Assembly: GCA_964016885.1 (NCBI GenBank)
Contig: OZ024741.1
Location: 50,406,001-50,470,000 of the forward strand
DNA length: 64,000 bases
Direction: 5' to 3'
Source: Eledone cirrhosa
Lineage: Eukaryota
Below are positions 51,955 to 64,000 of this stretch, piece by piece. The notes below the pieces were generated by a model. The model was not told where the DNA came from, searched no databases, and saw only the letters and a program-made list of their open reading frames with translations. Position 1 is the first letter of the stretch. Each line of letters starts with the position of its first letter. The position numbers and the translations under genes were made by a program.

Positions 51955-53199
51955 TTCATAGCTGAATCTATGGTAGAACTAGAGAATAAATTCCAAACCT
52001 GGAAGCAGGGACTAGAGAGAAAGGGCCTCAAAGTCAACATGACAAAGACTAAGGTCCTTATAAGTAGACGAGAAAACAGAACCCAGATCCCCTCAGGGAA
52101 ATGGCCTTGCTCAGTATGTAGGAAAGGTGTAGGTAGGAACTCCATTCTTTGCCCCAAATGCAAACAATGGGTACACAAGAGATGTAGCGGGATCTCAGGA
52201 AGCTTAATTAAGAATGTAGGATTCACATGCAGCAGCTGTGCTGAAACAGCAAGCAAACAACCACAGGAAACAAGTACCACCAATCTCTGGGAGGGCCCTG
52301 TAGAAACAGTAGACAGCTTCTGCTACCTAGGTGACCGAATTAGCAACGGAGGTGGGTGCTCAGAAAGTACAATAACTAGGGTAAGAACGGGATGGAAGAA
52401 GTTTAGGGAACTACTACCACTGCTAGCTGCAAAAGGCTTCTCCCTCAGAATGAAAGGCAGACTGTATGATGCGTGTATCCGAACAGCGATGTTGCATGGT
52501 AGTGAGACCTGGGCGCTGAAGGTGGAAGACTTACGTAGATTAGAGAGAAACGAAGCCTGCATGCTCCGATGGATGTGTAACAGTAATATACGTGAACGAC
52601 AAAGCATAAATGAATTGAGAGAGAGACTGAGCATAAGAGGAATCAAATGCTGCGTGCAGGAGAGGCGGTTACGCTGGTATGGACATGTGATGCGTATGAA
52701 GGATGACAGCTGCATAAAAAGGTGCAGAGCACTAGAAGTTGATGGAAACCGCGGAGTGGGGAGACCCAAGATGACTTGGGATGAGGTGATAAAAGCCGAC
52801 CTTACCCAACTACACCTCTCAAAGTCAATGACACACGACCGTGACTTCTGGCGTCACGCAGTAATACAGGGTACCCGACCTCCCATGGGTACATGCTGAA
52901 GTATATAAACAATATGTCCCCCCCCCCCCCCCCCACCGCAAGGTGGTCGTGGAGGTGCCACGGCAAAAAAGCACCCAGCCCACACTGTAAAGTGGACGTG
53001 TAGGCGCCACGAAAAAGCACCCAGCACTCACTGTAAATGAGGTTGGTGTTAGGAAGGGCATCCAGCTGTAGAAATCAAGCCAGATCAGTTCCTGTATGAG
53101 CAAGGCATGGTCAGCCGACCAGACACTGCCCACAACAGGACAACCCGTCTAACCCATGCTAGCGTGGAAGAACGGACGTAAAACGGTGATGATGATGAT
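51952..53199 (+). mobile_element. 5'-truncated RTE LINE
   Basis: ORF 51970-52899 (309 aa), 3' UTR and (GAT)n tail; starts in (TA)n. Confidence 0.93.
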
Positions 53200-53206
53200 A
53201 TATAGT

Positions 53207-53548
53207 GGAGGCACATGGCTTAGTGGTTAGAGCATTGGCCTTGCAATCGAAAGGTTGTGAGTTCAATTCTCAGACCGGGTGATGTGTTGTTTCCTTGAGC
53301 AAGACACTTTATTTCACATTGCTCCAGTTTACTCAGCTGTAGAAATGAGATGATAGGGACTGGGGTCCCTATCATTCCACTGCAAAGTGGTCGTGGAGGT
53401 GCCATGGCAAAAAAGCACCCAGCACTCACTGTAAATGAGGTTGGTGTTAGGAAGGGCATCCAGCTGTAGAAATCAAGCCAGCATCAGTTCCTGTTTCACC
53501 CTTGCAAGCAGGGAAAAAGCAGACGTAAAATGAAATGATGATGATGAT
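53207..53548 (+). mobile_element. tRNA-CORE-RTE SINE
   Basis: A box TGGCTTAGTGG, B box GAGTTCAATTC, CORE-like segment, then a tail matching the RTE 3' UTR; (GAT)n. Confidence 0.85.
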
Positions 53549-53629
53549 ATATACATACATTCTGACATGATTTCTATGGATGCACTCCTATTCCTTGTTT
53601 TAAAGTTATTTCTCTTATATTTTGTTCAG

Positions 53630-53730
53630 GTTTAATGAAATGGATCAGTAAAGAGAAGACTTTATTGGAGACTACAAAATCAACTGCATTAACAGCAACA
53701 GCAAGTGCAAGTGTGAAAACTAAAGCCGAG
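53630..53730 (+). CDS. DBF4: DBF4 coding exon
   Basis: TTTGTTCAG|(S)LMKWISKEKTLLETTKSTALTATASASVKTKAE|GTAAAT; phase 1-0 fits both neighbours. Confidence 0.78.
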
Positions 53731-54952
53731 GTAAATATTAAACTTGTGCACGTCATGTATGTACAACTTAAATTGTTGTTAGCATATATGTTTGTAGGCC
53801 TGGAGAGAGAGATGGGCTCTGCCAGGCTTAAAATGTTCAAGAAACGCTGTATGTAAATATGACGTCCCTACGACTCCATCAGGAGTTACGGAACCATACC
53901 ATATATATTTGTGCATTCCTTGGATTTAGTGGGGAAAAGTCCATTGTATGGCAGATATAGAGTGACTAACATACCCTTAAAGACAAATATTTTTGTCCAA
54001 AATAACTCTCAGTACATTTCTTGAACCTTAACCCTCAAAATAAAAGGAAGAGTTTTTTTTTCTTATAAAAATCATTACAGAGAGATCATTTCCAATTGTT
54101 AATGAACGAATGACCATAGGAAGAAACACAAACACACAGAGGAAAATTAACTTGTATGAATAATTATAGGCTGACCAATACCTTGAGTAAAATGGGAAGG
54201 CAGAAATTGTGGATGTCATGTATAAATACATTTGTGTGTGTTTTTCATGTTCTGCACCTCAGTGAAGTTCAGTGGGAACAGATACCAGAAAATACTGCTT
54301 CAAAAAGTCTCGGTAAACCCATGCCAGTGTGGAAAAGTGGACATAAAAACAACGATGATGATGGTCTTGATGTTTACAGCAGGTTCTAGTTTTTCCTTGT
54401 GGTCTTTTTTCTGGCTCTGTGTGTTCTGAGTTCAAATCCTGCGTGGGTCAATAAAATAAAGTGCCAGTCCTGAGTAATGGATTGGTGAAATTGTTGAAGT
54501 AGTTGGTGAAATGTCTAGTATTTATTTTGACTCACGTCTTCTGAGTTCAAATACTGCTGTAGTAGACATAATCTGTCACCCCAAGTTCACTTTGTTGTAA
54601 ACATTCAAACAAGTCCCTAGCTCGATGAACCTTTCCCCCAGCCTTGGCTAAACAATCATTTTAATACCGTCGTTTGTGCTAAAAGAAGGGTTATCTTTAA
54701 TTAATATTGATGTGCCTTTCTCGTGGGACAGACATTATGATTGTAATAAGATCAGAATTGGTGACCATCTGGTCAGTAATCTGGCATGTTAACCTTTAAC
54801 TCTTTAGAATTTAAACTGGCGATATCTGGTCAGAATTCTTGCACCGCTTTGTGTTCAAACCAGCCATAACTGGCTGCTCATATTTATATTAAGGTGTTGT
54901 TCTCAAAATAAATAATATCAAAATATCGTAGATTCAATATTATGTGAGATAA

Positions 54953-56778
54953 TTCATCATCATCATCATTTTACGTCCGCTTTTCCATGCTTGCAAGGGT
55001 TGGACGGGTCCTATTCAGCACAGCATCTCTCCACTTGTCACGGTCCTTCGTCATCTCGGTGAGTTTCAGCGATCTAGGTCTGCTCTCACCACCTCCGCCC
55101 ATGTTTTTCGTGGTCTTCCTTCTACTGGCTTTCTTGACACTTCTTTACCCAGCGATCATCCTCCATGCGCATCACATGTCCATACCATCTCAGCCTTCTC
55201 TCCTGTACACCACAACTTATCCCTCTTATACCCAGTTTCTTTCTCAACTCGTCTATGCTTGGTCGTTCATGCACATTGACATTGCACATCCAACGGAGCA
55301 TACTTGCTTCATTTCTCCAGCCGTCGCATATCCTCTGCAGTTGCTGCCCATGTCTCACTACCATGCAGCATCGCACATCTCACACAGGCATCATATAACC
55401 GTCCTTTCGTACGCAGGGAGAAACCCTTCTTTGTCAACAAAGGAAGCAGCTCCCTAAACTTCTTCCAACCTGTCCTTATTCTAGACACTATGGCCTCGGA
55501 ACACCCCATTCCCAAGCTAATCTGATCACCTAGGTACCGGAAGCTATCAACCACTTCTATAGAACCCACCTGCATTTGAAAAATGTGTCTATCACTGCAA
55601 TTACTGCTGTCAACTTTCCCTGTACATCTACTGCATATGTAGTTTTTCCTACCTGTTAGTTTGCCTGCTATCCCACTACATCTCTTGTGTACCCAAGATC
55701 TGCATTGCGTACATTTTATGGAATTTATGCCAGTTCCTTTCCTACATATTGAACATGGCCATTTCCCTGATGGAATATATAATATAATATATAATGAAAT
55801 TATTGTGTAAAGTGCTCAGGTGCACTACAACTCATCAAAGGTGCATGTATAGTACATAGAATAATACACAAATGTCAGGGAAGTGAATAGTGTATGAGTC
55901 ATGATATACATGTGTTTATGTGTATAGAGGGGGAACATTAGGTGTAGTGTTGGTGAATCTCGGGAATTATGGAGGCCTTAAAGGATGCAGTGTCTCGACA
56001 GCTAACAACCGATGCAGGTAGTTTGTTCCATGCTTCAGCAACTCTGAGCGTGAAAAAATGTTTCCGAAAGTCATGGGAACTGTACTGTTTTCTGACTTTG
56101 TGGGCATGCCCACGTGTGTTAGACACATGGAAATCAAAAAGGTATTCAGGGTTGTTGTTGGCAAGATGGTTAACAATTTTGTGGGTGTTTACCAAGTCAG
56201 TTGCCAGGCGTCGGAGCTTCAATGTATCCATGCCCAGGGAAGCAAGGCGCTTAGAGTATGGTAGATGCCTGATGGAGGGTATTCGCTTGGTTGCACGTCT
56301 CTGAACAGTTTCCAGGCGATCAATGTTCTGAGCAAGATAGGGGTTCCAGACTGGTGATGCAAATTCTAAGTGTAGCCTTAAATAGATAGCTGGAGAGCGG
56401 CTGACAAAGGTCTTGCTGAGTGATGCTAAGACACCCTCGGCCTTCTTGACAATTTTAGAGACATGCTTCGTCCAACGCAAATCGCTGCTGACCGTAATAC
56501 CCAGGTCACGTTCACAAGAAGACTTCTTGATATTAGTGCTGTTGAGGGAGTATGTGGACGCTGGGTTTTTACTCCGGAGTATTGTCCTCTCTTCTACTTA
56601 TCAACACTTTTGTCTTAGCTATGTTCACTCTCAGTCCTCTTGATTCCAACTGCTGTTCCCATAGCCAGAATTTATTCTCTAGCTCCTCTACTGATTCTGC
56701 TATAAGAACCAGATCATCAGCATAGAGAAGTTCCATGAGCATCCAGTCTTAAACTCCTCTGTTATGGCTTGGAGGACT
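54953..56778 (-). mobile_element. RTE fragment split by a CR1 insertion
   Basis: ORFs 55309-55575 and 55122-55376; the RTE resumes at about 56576. Confidence 0.85.
55788..56575 (-). mobile_element. 5'-truncated CR1 (same family as 26477-30640)
   Basis: ORF 55938-56480 ends FRKHFFTLRVAEAWNKLPASVV; the 3' UTR matches. Confidence 0.92.
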
Positions 56779-56912
56779 ATAAAGTGTTTGCTGTGAAAAT
56801 ACAATAGCAAATATAGAGTAATGTCAATGCTAAAGGGTTAAGCCAGTATGGACCTCATTTTTTACACTCACTTATTCTATTTTGTAAATCTTTCAAATTT
56901 TCTTTTCTTCAG

Positions 56913-56943
56913 GATAATCAGAAAAAAAGGAAAACAGGAAAAT
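56913..56943 (+). CDS. DBF4: DBF4 31-nt micro-exon
   Basis: TTTTCTTTTCTTCAG|DNQKKRKTGK+T|GTAAGT; required to bridge phase 0 to phase 1. Confidence 0.78.
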
Positions 56944-57589
56944 GTAAGTTGATTTATTGATTACTGTATAGTTTAGTCTCATTACTTAAATTGTCCCCTT
57001 TATTCAATTGGAAGTGAACCCCTTAACTTTCATAATACAAATGTAGTGAACAATAGTAAGCTCTTGTCCTTAAACATTCTCTGTTTAAATCTCACTACAG
57101 TTCAGTTTGCATCTTATTCTTGCAATGTTAGTCAGCTGGGACCATGAGGTGGACGACATATTAGGGCAGGAGTAGAGTAGCAGTCTTCAGACGAAAGGGT
57201 TAACACACTCTTTATGTTCTAAGATGGTAAAGTGGCAAGTGGCAGAGGTGTTAGAGCATAAGATTGTCTTATGAATTTAGACCATTCATCTTTTCAGTGG
57301 TATCAATAAATAAAGTATCTGTCTAGAGATGAGAATTGGTCAAAATGTTACATCAGTTGAGGGTGCCTTGTGGTATTTGTTGCATTCTGAGTAGAACTGG
57401 AGCCGTTATCATTAAAACAGCCAAGAAACCACCAATGAGATGCAACCTGATGTGAAACTGGTGAAAACTATGCAAGTGTGAACCATAAAGGCAACAGTAA
57501 ATAACCAGTCATACACTGAGGTTGTTAATTCAGTTAAATATGGTAGAGTGGTGTGCCTTGTTTAAGTTTTAAACCTTTAGCATTCATAA

Positions 57590-57790
57590 TGCTAATAATT
57601 GTTTCTACTTTAGGCACAAGGCCAGCAATTAATCCAGGGTATAACTGGTACTTTATTTTATCGACCCCGTAAGGATGAAAGGCAAAGTTAACCTCGGCGG
57701 GATTTGAACTCAGTCCGTAAAGGGACGTAACTGTGCTGCAAAGCATGGCGTCCGACCCTCTACCAATACTGCCAATCCACCGCCCTAATG
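57590..57790 (-). mobile_element. Abundant SINE-like repeat (also about 31160-31285, 36490-36670, 40810-40935, 59690-59990)
   Basis: Shared core GTTCAAATCCC..CGAGGT.AACTTTGCCTTTCATCCTTACGGGGTCGATAAAATAAAGTACCAG with an (ATT)n tail. Confidence 0.75.
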
Positions 57791-58164
57791 CTAATAATGT
57801 TAGATATGTTGATGTATTCATATAATTGTTTCTACTTTTGGCACAAGGCCAGCAATTACCTGCCAAAAGGTTAGTCTTTTCCATGCTTGTGAGGCTAGAC
57901 AGGTCAGGTGACCCTGTTCTATTTATGGTTTGGTTTCTATGGCTGGATGCCTTTTACAGTGTTGACTGGGTGCTCATTGTCATAGCACCAAGATGACCAC
58001 TTTATAGTGTGGATTGGGGAGGTAGATCTAGGTGTGATTACAACGTGAGAGGTGTATGGGAGGGAAGGTGGCACATACTAGATATATGTCTCAGCTAGTG
58101 CATATGGGAAGGCGTCTTAAAAACAATAGGATTCAGAGTTGATATGGGGTTAAACATCTTCACT

Positions 58165-58236
58165 TTAGGTTATATTTTGAGTAAGAAGAGAAGTCACAGA
58201 ATTGTGATTTCTCTTCTTACTCAAAATATAACCTAA
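58165..58236. repeat. 34-bp hairpin in a DBF4 intron
   Basis: Arms 58165-58198 and 58203-58236, loop GAAT, single G-U pair. Confidence 0.92.
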
Positions 58237-58548
58237 TTCTTTCTATTACTATTTACCAATAGTTTTATCAGATTCTGTTGTTTTACTTTATTACACTTAC
58301 CTCATTGTAACTAAGTTGGGTTGTATAGCTGATGTTCATCTTGTATTATAGTGTACGTGGCTAAGTATTCCACAGGTACATGTACTGAACTGAATGTAAA
58401 CTACAGCAATGGTAAAGACATTGTTTAATGTAGTCTTAGATACACTAAGTCTCTTTAAAAGATGGAATGATAATGGCTGGAACACATTTAGTCAGACCTA
58501 AACTGAATCTAAACTACAACTTTATTGAATTCCTCACTTTCTTTTCAG

Positions 58549-58819
58549 TGAAATACTTAAAGAAACCGTGCATAAAGTTTGAAGCAGTGAACAAACACTA
58601 CCGACCAGTTGTGATGGAGTTCACCAGTTGGCCTCACGTTAACTTGTCATCAGCAGCAGGTAGCTGTCCCTTTGATGAATGGTTGAATTGTGTTAGTACA
58701 ACTAAGATCCAACCGGGGAATAAAGTTGAAGCCAATGTTCCTGTTACCTGGTCAGCAGAGTCAGGTGCACCACAGAATGCAGCAAGCAATCTTACTCACA
58801 ATAACAACACTAAAAAAAG
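58549..58819 (+). CDS. DBF4: DBF4 coding exon (motif M)
   Basis: LKYLKKPCIKFEAVNKHYRPVVMEFTSWPHVNLSSAAGSCPFD; AG/GT boundaries, phase 1-2. Confidence 0.92.
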
Positions 58820-60012
58820 GTAATTTTTATTTCATATTTTATCTATTTTTATTTTTTCCTTTTCACATTTCGTTTTTTTAGCTTTTTTGTCTGTGTTTCG
58901 CAACCATACTGTTTTGGATTCTATCCCATTGCAATGGCACTTTACACTTTGAATGGAAACATTGGAGAGTGAGTGTGTTTGTCTCCATTTTTTTTATTCA
59001 CATTTGTCATCACTTGTGAAGGCTATGACATTTGTTCATATCCTGCAGCTCAGCAGTTCAGGGTGCAAAAACCAGTACCCTGCTTAACAAGTAAGAGTTA
59101 AGAGTGAGGGCATCTGGCCATAAATATTGCCTCAAAAAATAAAGCCTGTCCGACCTATGCTAGCCTGGAAAAATAGACATAGATAATGTCTGTGATGTCT
59201 GAATTTGAATTCTAAATCCAGTTATTATGTGGATTCATTAATGTGCTTACATACACATTAATGCATCATCATGTATGTTATTCATTTGTATATCTCTGCA
59301 GTCATCATTGTTCCTGTCTTTCATCATCATCATTTAACATCTGTTTTCCATGCTAGCATGGGTAAGACAGGTTGTCCTGTTAGAGGCAAGCCAGGTCAGA
59401 TGACTGTCTTGCTCACACAGAACTGTTTCTAGGTCTCCTGGGTTTCCTGCCGTTTGGGTTTGCCCATAAAATCTGTCTAGCGATTCTTTCTTGGGTCATT
59501 CTAACCACATGCCCATAGTATTGGAGCTGTGATCTCTTAATTCAGTGAAGTAGCAGCTCTATCGGGAGTGACTCTCTGATGTCTGAGCTACACACTCTAT
59601 TGAGTATAAAATAGTATAATTGACTATTCTCTCCCAGAAAATGTGTGATATGCTTATAAAAGAAATCATCATTGTTATTATTTAAGGTGGCCAATTGGCA
59701 GATAGAATACTTTGCTGTGTTTGTTTTGACTGTTTGCACTCTCAGTTCAAGTCCTGCCTCGGTCAACTTTGCCTTTTGTCCTTTGGGGGTTGATATAATC
59801 AACTTCCCTCCAAAATTGCTCACCTGATACCAATGTTAGAAATTATAAATTCCACCAAGGTTAGCTTTGCCTTTCATCCTTACGGGGTCAATAAAATAAA
59901 GTACCAGTTATTCACTAGGGTTGATCTGATCGACTTCCCTGTCCCCCAAAATCGCTGGCTTTGTGCCTAAATCAGAAACTATTATTATAAATTATTGTTT
60001 CTTTCCCTCTAG

Positions 60013-60151
60013 CACTGTCAGTCAACAGATAGTGTCACAGAAATTCCCAGGGCGGCGTCTACTCAACTGGGAGAGGAGGAAACTTACAGAGAAAAAACTT
60101 CGTCAGGGTTTCTGTGAATGTTGTGATGTTCGTTTTGATGATATCAAAAAG
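60013..60151 (+). CDS. DBF4: DBF4 coding exon (motif C zinc finger, first half)
   Basis: ...KKLRQGFCECCDVRFDDIKK|GTATGG; phase 2-0. Confidence 0.93.
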
Positions 60152-60913
60152 GTATGGGCTTTCTTTTGCTGTTCATTTATTTTGTTTTTCATTAAGTTAC
60201 AATCTAACATTGTTTGTCAATACCTTTACTGAATGACTTGTACTGTATGTATCATCTACAGCTTACCATCCACTACCATCACATGTTACCTCTACTATAA
60301 CTACCATCCAGCATCTACCACCAACACCACCTACTTTTATTATAGCTACAATTCACCACCATCACATGTCCATACCACCACCACCTACCTCTACTCTATC
60401 TACCATCACCATACCTACCTCTACTATAGCTACCATCCACCACCATCACCTACCTCTACTATAGCTGCCATCTCTGTGACTTACTCTATTGTATGAATTA
60501 ATGAGGGATCCTCTACATAGTTGCTTGAACTGCTAAAAATAGCAGCAGAATCTCACTCATATCACACCCTACTATCTAAAAAAAAGCATATATTGGTATC
60601 TTAGTTACACTATTACTGGGCTGAGGAAGACTGGATGTTCATGGCTTAAATATCTTTGATCATGTTCTGCTATCATGTCTGAATTGGAGTCTATACAATA
60701 TTAAGAAACCCAGCTATAGTTATCCACTGTCTACAGTTAACCATCTACTAAGCAAGATTTAACCTTTTTGTTATTAACCTCGTTTAAAACTTCCCATTTT
60801 AAAGAGGTCCTATTTAAATCAAATTCTTGCAACATAATTTTGTATAAGAATCTGTTAAGTTACTATCTTAGTAATGAAATAAGTAATAATTTTAGTAAAT
60901 CATTCAAAATTAA

Positions 60914-61300
60914 TCATCCTCATCGTTTTTACGTCCATTTTTTTCCATGCTTGCATGGGTTGGACAAGTCCTTTACAGCATAGCATCTCTCCACTTGTCG
61001 TGTTTCTTCGTCATCTCTTCTGTGAGTTTCAGTTCTACTGCAACTTCCATCCACTAGGATTTCCTGGCACTTCTTCAACCATCAATCATCATCCATGCAT
61101 ATCACATGTCCATACCAATACCTTCTCTCCTGCACATCACCTTGGATTCCTCTTAAATCCAGCTTTTCCCTCATTTCATCCAAACCCTGTGCACATCCAA
61201 CGAAGCATGGTTGCTTCATTTCTTTCCAGTCTATGCATGTCTTCTGCAGTCACTGCCCATGTTTCACTACCATGCAGCATCGCACTTCACACACAGGCAT
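60914..61300 (-). mobile_element. Degenerate RTE 3' fragment
   Basis: Similar to 54953-55400. Confidence 0.7.
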
Positions 61301-61568
61301 GATTAATTAATTGAAATAGAGTGTATTTCATTACAGTCACAAAATGAATCTTCACAATCTCTACCATTTGCTTCCATTTTCGTTTTACCTATCAGGTTGC
61401 TTTCCCCTTCCCTTCCTTCCCCTTTTATGCAAATTAAAATCCATGTTTTTGTACCCTACAGATTGTTTTTGATAACCCTCAAAATATCTTCCAAACTCCT
61501 CAACAAATCATGTATTGTATTGTAATTTTACTTTCTGTGTTCTACTTCATTGCTACCATCACCAACAG

Positions 61569-61714
61569 CACCTTACTTCTACTGAGCATTGTGCATTTAT
61601 GAAGAATGAAAACAATTACAAGCAGCTGGACAAGTTAATAGCACGAGGAAAGGCAATCCATCAGTTTGTTGAGAATGTTGTGTCTGATGTTCAGTCTTAC
61701 TCTTATGACAATAG
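61569..61714 (+). CDS. DBF4: DBF4 coding exon (motif C, second half); gene probably continues beyond the window
   Basis: CAG|HLTSTEHCAFMKNENNYKQLDKLI...; completes the CxxC...H-x5-H DBF zinc finger. Candidate donor AG|GTCCGT. Confidence 0.88.
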
Positions 61715-61740
61715 GTCCGTATCACCATTGATTTTACTCC

Positions 61741-63390
61741 CATCATCATCACTGTTTAATGTCCATTTTTCCACACTAACATGGGTTAGACAAGCTGTCC
61801 CTTTCAGACAAAGCCAGATTAGATGACCATGTCTTCCTGATACAGAACTGATTTTGGCTGGATACCCTTCCTAACACCAACAACATTTACAGTGTGGATT
61901 GGGTGCTTTTTGTTGTGACACCTACATGATTATTTTATAGTGTGGACTGGGCTGTTTGTGTTGTGTTGCTTACATGACTACTCTACTATGTGAACTGGGG
62001 GCTGGGGTAGGGATTGGAGAGGTAGATCTAGGATGGGTGGGGTGGACTTATCTGGTGATGGGTGGGTTGTTAGGACACGGTAAATGTAGGGAAGGGAGAA
62101 GGTGGTGCAAACTAGATGTATGCTTCAACCCGTGCACATGTGAAGGTGGGTCTTCTGTATCACTGCATAATGCCAGAGATCTCAATCCTGTGTCATCGCC
62201 TTTGAGAGGTGCAGTTGTGCAAGGTCAGCTTTTATCACCTCATCCCAAGTTTTCCTACTCTCCTGCATACTGCATGTGATACCTCTTATGCCCAGTTTCT
62301 CTCTCAGTTCATTTATGCTTTGCCATTCATGTATATTACACATCCATCAGAGCATGCAAGTTTCATTTCTTTCCAATATATGTAGGTCCTCTGCACACAG
62401 TGCCCATGTCTCACAGCCATACAGCATTGCAGTTTCTATACATGCCTCATACAATCTGTCCTTCATTTTGAAGGAGAAGCCTTTTGTAACTAGCAGCGGT
62501 AGTAGCTCCCTGAACTTTTTCCCATTCTCACTCTCGCTACTGTACTTTTAGAACACCCACCTTCACTGCTAATTTGGTTACCTATGTAAAAGAAACTGTC
62601 AACTGCCTCTCTGGTTCCCTCTACGAATTTGATAGAGCTTGTTTCTTGTGAGCATGTGTTGCTTACTGCTCCTGTGCAACACCCATATAGTTTGCTACAC
62701 GCTGAGCAGAACCGTTTCCCAAAAGGGATCAGGTGCTTGTTTTCCTCACTAATTACTAGAACTTTGGTCTTCGCCAAATTAACTTTAAGAACTTTTGATT
62801 CCAGGTTAGGAATTTTTCTCTATTCCTGCTATAGATTCAGCTATGAGAGTTAGATCATCTGCATACAGGAGTTCTCAAGGGCATCCTGTTTTAAACTCTT
62901 TTGTTATAGGTTGGAGGATGGTGATAAAGAATAGAGGGCTAAGAACGGAGCCCTGGTGGACTCCTACACCAAGCTAACATTGATCTGTAAAATTGGGGGG
63001 TTTGCTGTGTATTCTAATTTTTTGTGTATGAGCCCCCCCCCCCCCCCTAACTGAAGTGCCACAGGCTCCCCTACGTCTAAATCCAACCATGGCCGGATTT
63101 GTCCTATATGTGGTAGCAGTTGTTTGACACAACCCTGCAATAGACACACTAAGCTCCTTATAGTCATTATTCATTTTAATCTTGCTGACTGTACATGGCT
63201 TATACTGCCCTCACAAGCCACTCTACTCCTACTTTCCTAAGTGTCTGCCAAAATACAGAATGGGGGGTCCCTCAAAAGCTTTCTTCATGTCAACAAATGC
63301 TAAGTAGAGGGGTTTACTTTTCGCTAGGTACTTCTCCTGCCTCACAAGGAAGAGAACATCCATGATATTTTTACCTGGCACAAATCCTTA
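61741..63390 (-). mobile_element. Degenerate RTE LINE
   Basis: (CAT)n tail at 61741; pieces homologous to 48526-49955. Confidence 0.8.
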
Positions 63391-63599
63391 AAGTGGTTTG
63401 GCATTGGGAAGGGCATTCAGCTGTAGAAACCATGTCAAAATTGGAATATGAGCGAGATGTGGCCTCCAGCACACTAGAAAGTGTCCCTGATAGAGTACTG
63501 ACTTGGTCCAGGACATGACTGTCCTTGTATTAGACAGTTTACTTTGTGTTGACATTTGATAGCAACAAGTGCTGCTATGAATAACTCTTATCCCAAAGT

Positions 63600-63990
63600 G
63601 TGTATGCTTGCGACTGGAAAGTAATATATCCAACAAAAATCCAATATTAACATGGATACATGCACATGAGTGGGTTTCAGTTTGACCAGTTGTACCTTGA
63701 ACCAAGGAAATGGTTGACATAGCAACTGGTATCACTTTGTGGTCACTTGTTAAATAGCATACCGGAATTTGTCCAGCCCCTTCCTCATTGAACCAGTCGC
63801 CATTGAGACTTCAGGCATCCTCAGACTCCTGACAGCCAGCATCTTCCATAAAATCAGATCAATTGCAACCCATCTAAGGAAAGTGCCCTGGAAGGTGGGG
63901 TAGCTGTTGCAGCATGTGTTGCTGGCCATTGTCTACAGAAATGCCTTTGCCATTTTGTCCATGGGGCGCAGTCGAAACACCGTTCTGAGC
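63600..63990 (+). mobile_element. Degenerate CRE-like 3' fragment
   Basis: PVAIETSGIL...LAIVYRNAFAIL. Confidence 0.6.
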
Positions 63991-64000
63991 TAGGTGTAAA

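Larger units (their letters stand above)
54800..56837. mobile_element. piggyBac-like MITE interrupted by a nested RTE, itself interrupted by CR1
   Basis: Halves 54800-54952 and 56779-56837 match 31602-31818; TTAA at both ends. Confidence 0.8.

Noticed and set aside
53207-53280. tRNA gene (also 20440-20507, 25830-25900)
   Set aside because: A/B boxes run straight into CORE and LINE-derived tails; these are SINE heads without a full cloverleaf.

Overview
Eukaryotic, AT-rich and repeat-dense metazoan DNA. The repeat landscape (RTE LINEs with (ATG)n tails, CORE-type tRNA-SINEs, very long (TA)n fields) suggests a cephalopod such as octopus; this is inference. Two host genes lie head-to-head. On the minus strand is the first coding exon of an LRRFIP1/2 homologue (13646-13735). 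On the plus strand is a spliced DBF4/ASK homologue (Cdc7 activator), reconstructed from 9 phase-compatible coding exons (41364-61714) carrying motifs N, M and C, with an E2F/CCAAT promoter near 37.1 kb. The remainder is mostly transposable elements: Tx1/L1, RTE, CR1, CRE-like and Penelope-like retroelements, SINEs, and mariner/pogo/piggyBac MITEs. The most striking unannotated signal is a set of long fold-back palindromes, from three unrelated sequence families, whose arms contain type I hammerhead ribozyme folds in opposite orientations (11672-11792, 19261-19390, 22001-22440, 23641-23961). They sit in or next to (TA)n microsatellites near a Penelope-like remnant. All calls were made by eye; no searches or folding programs were run.
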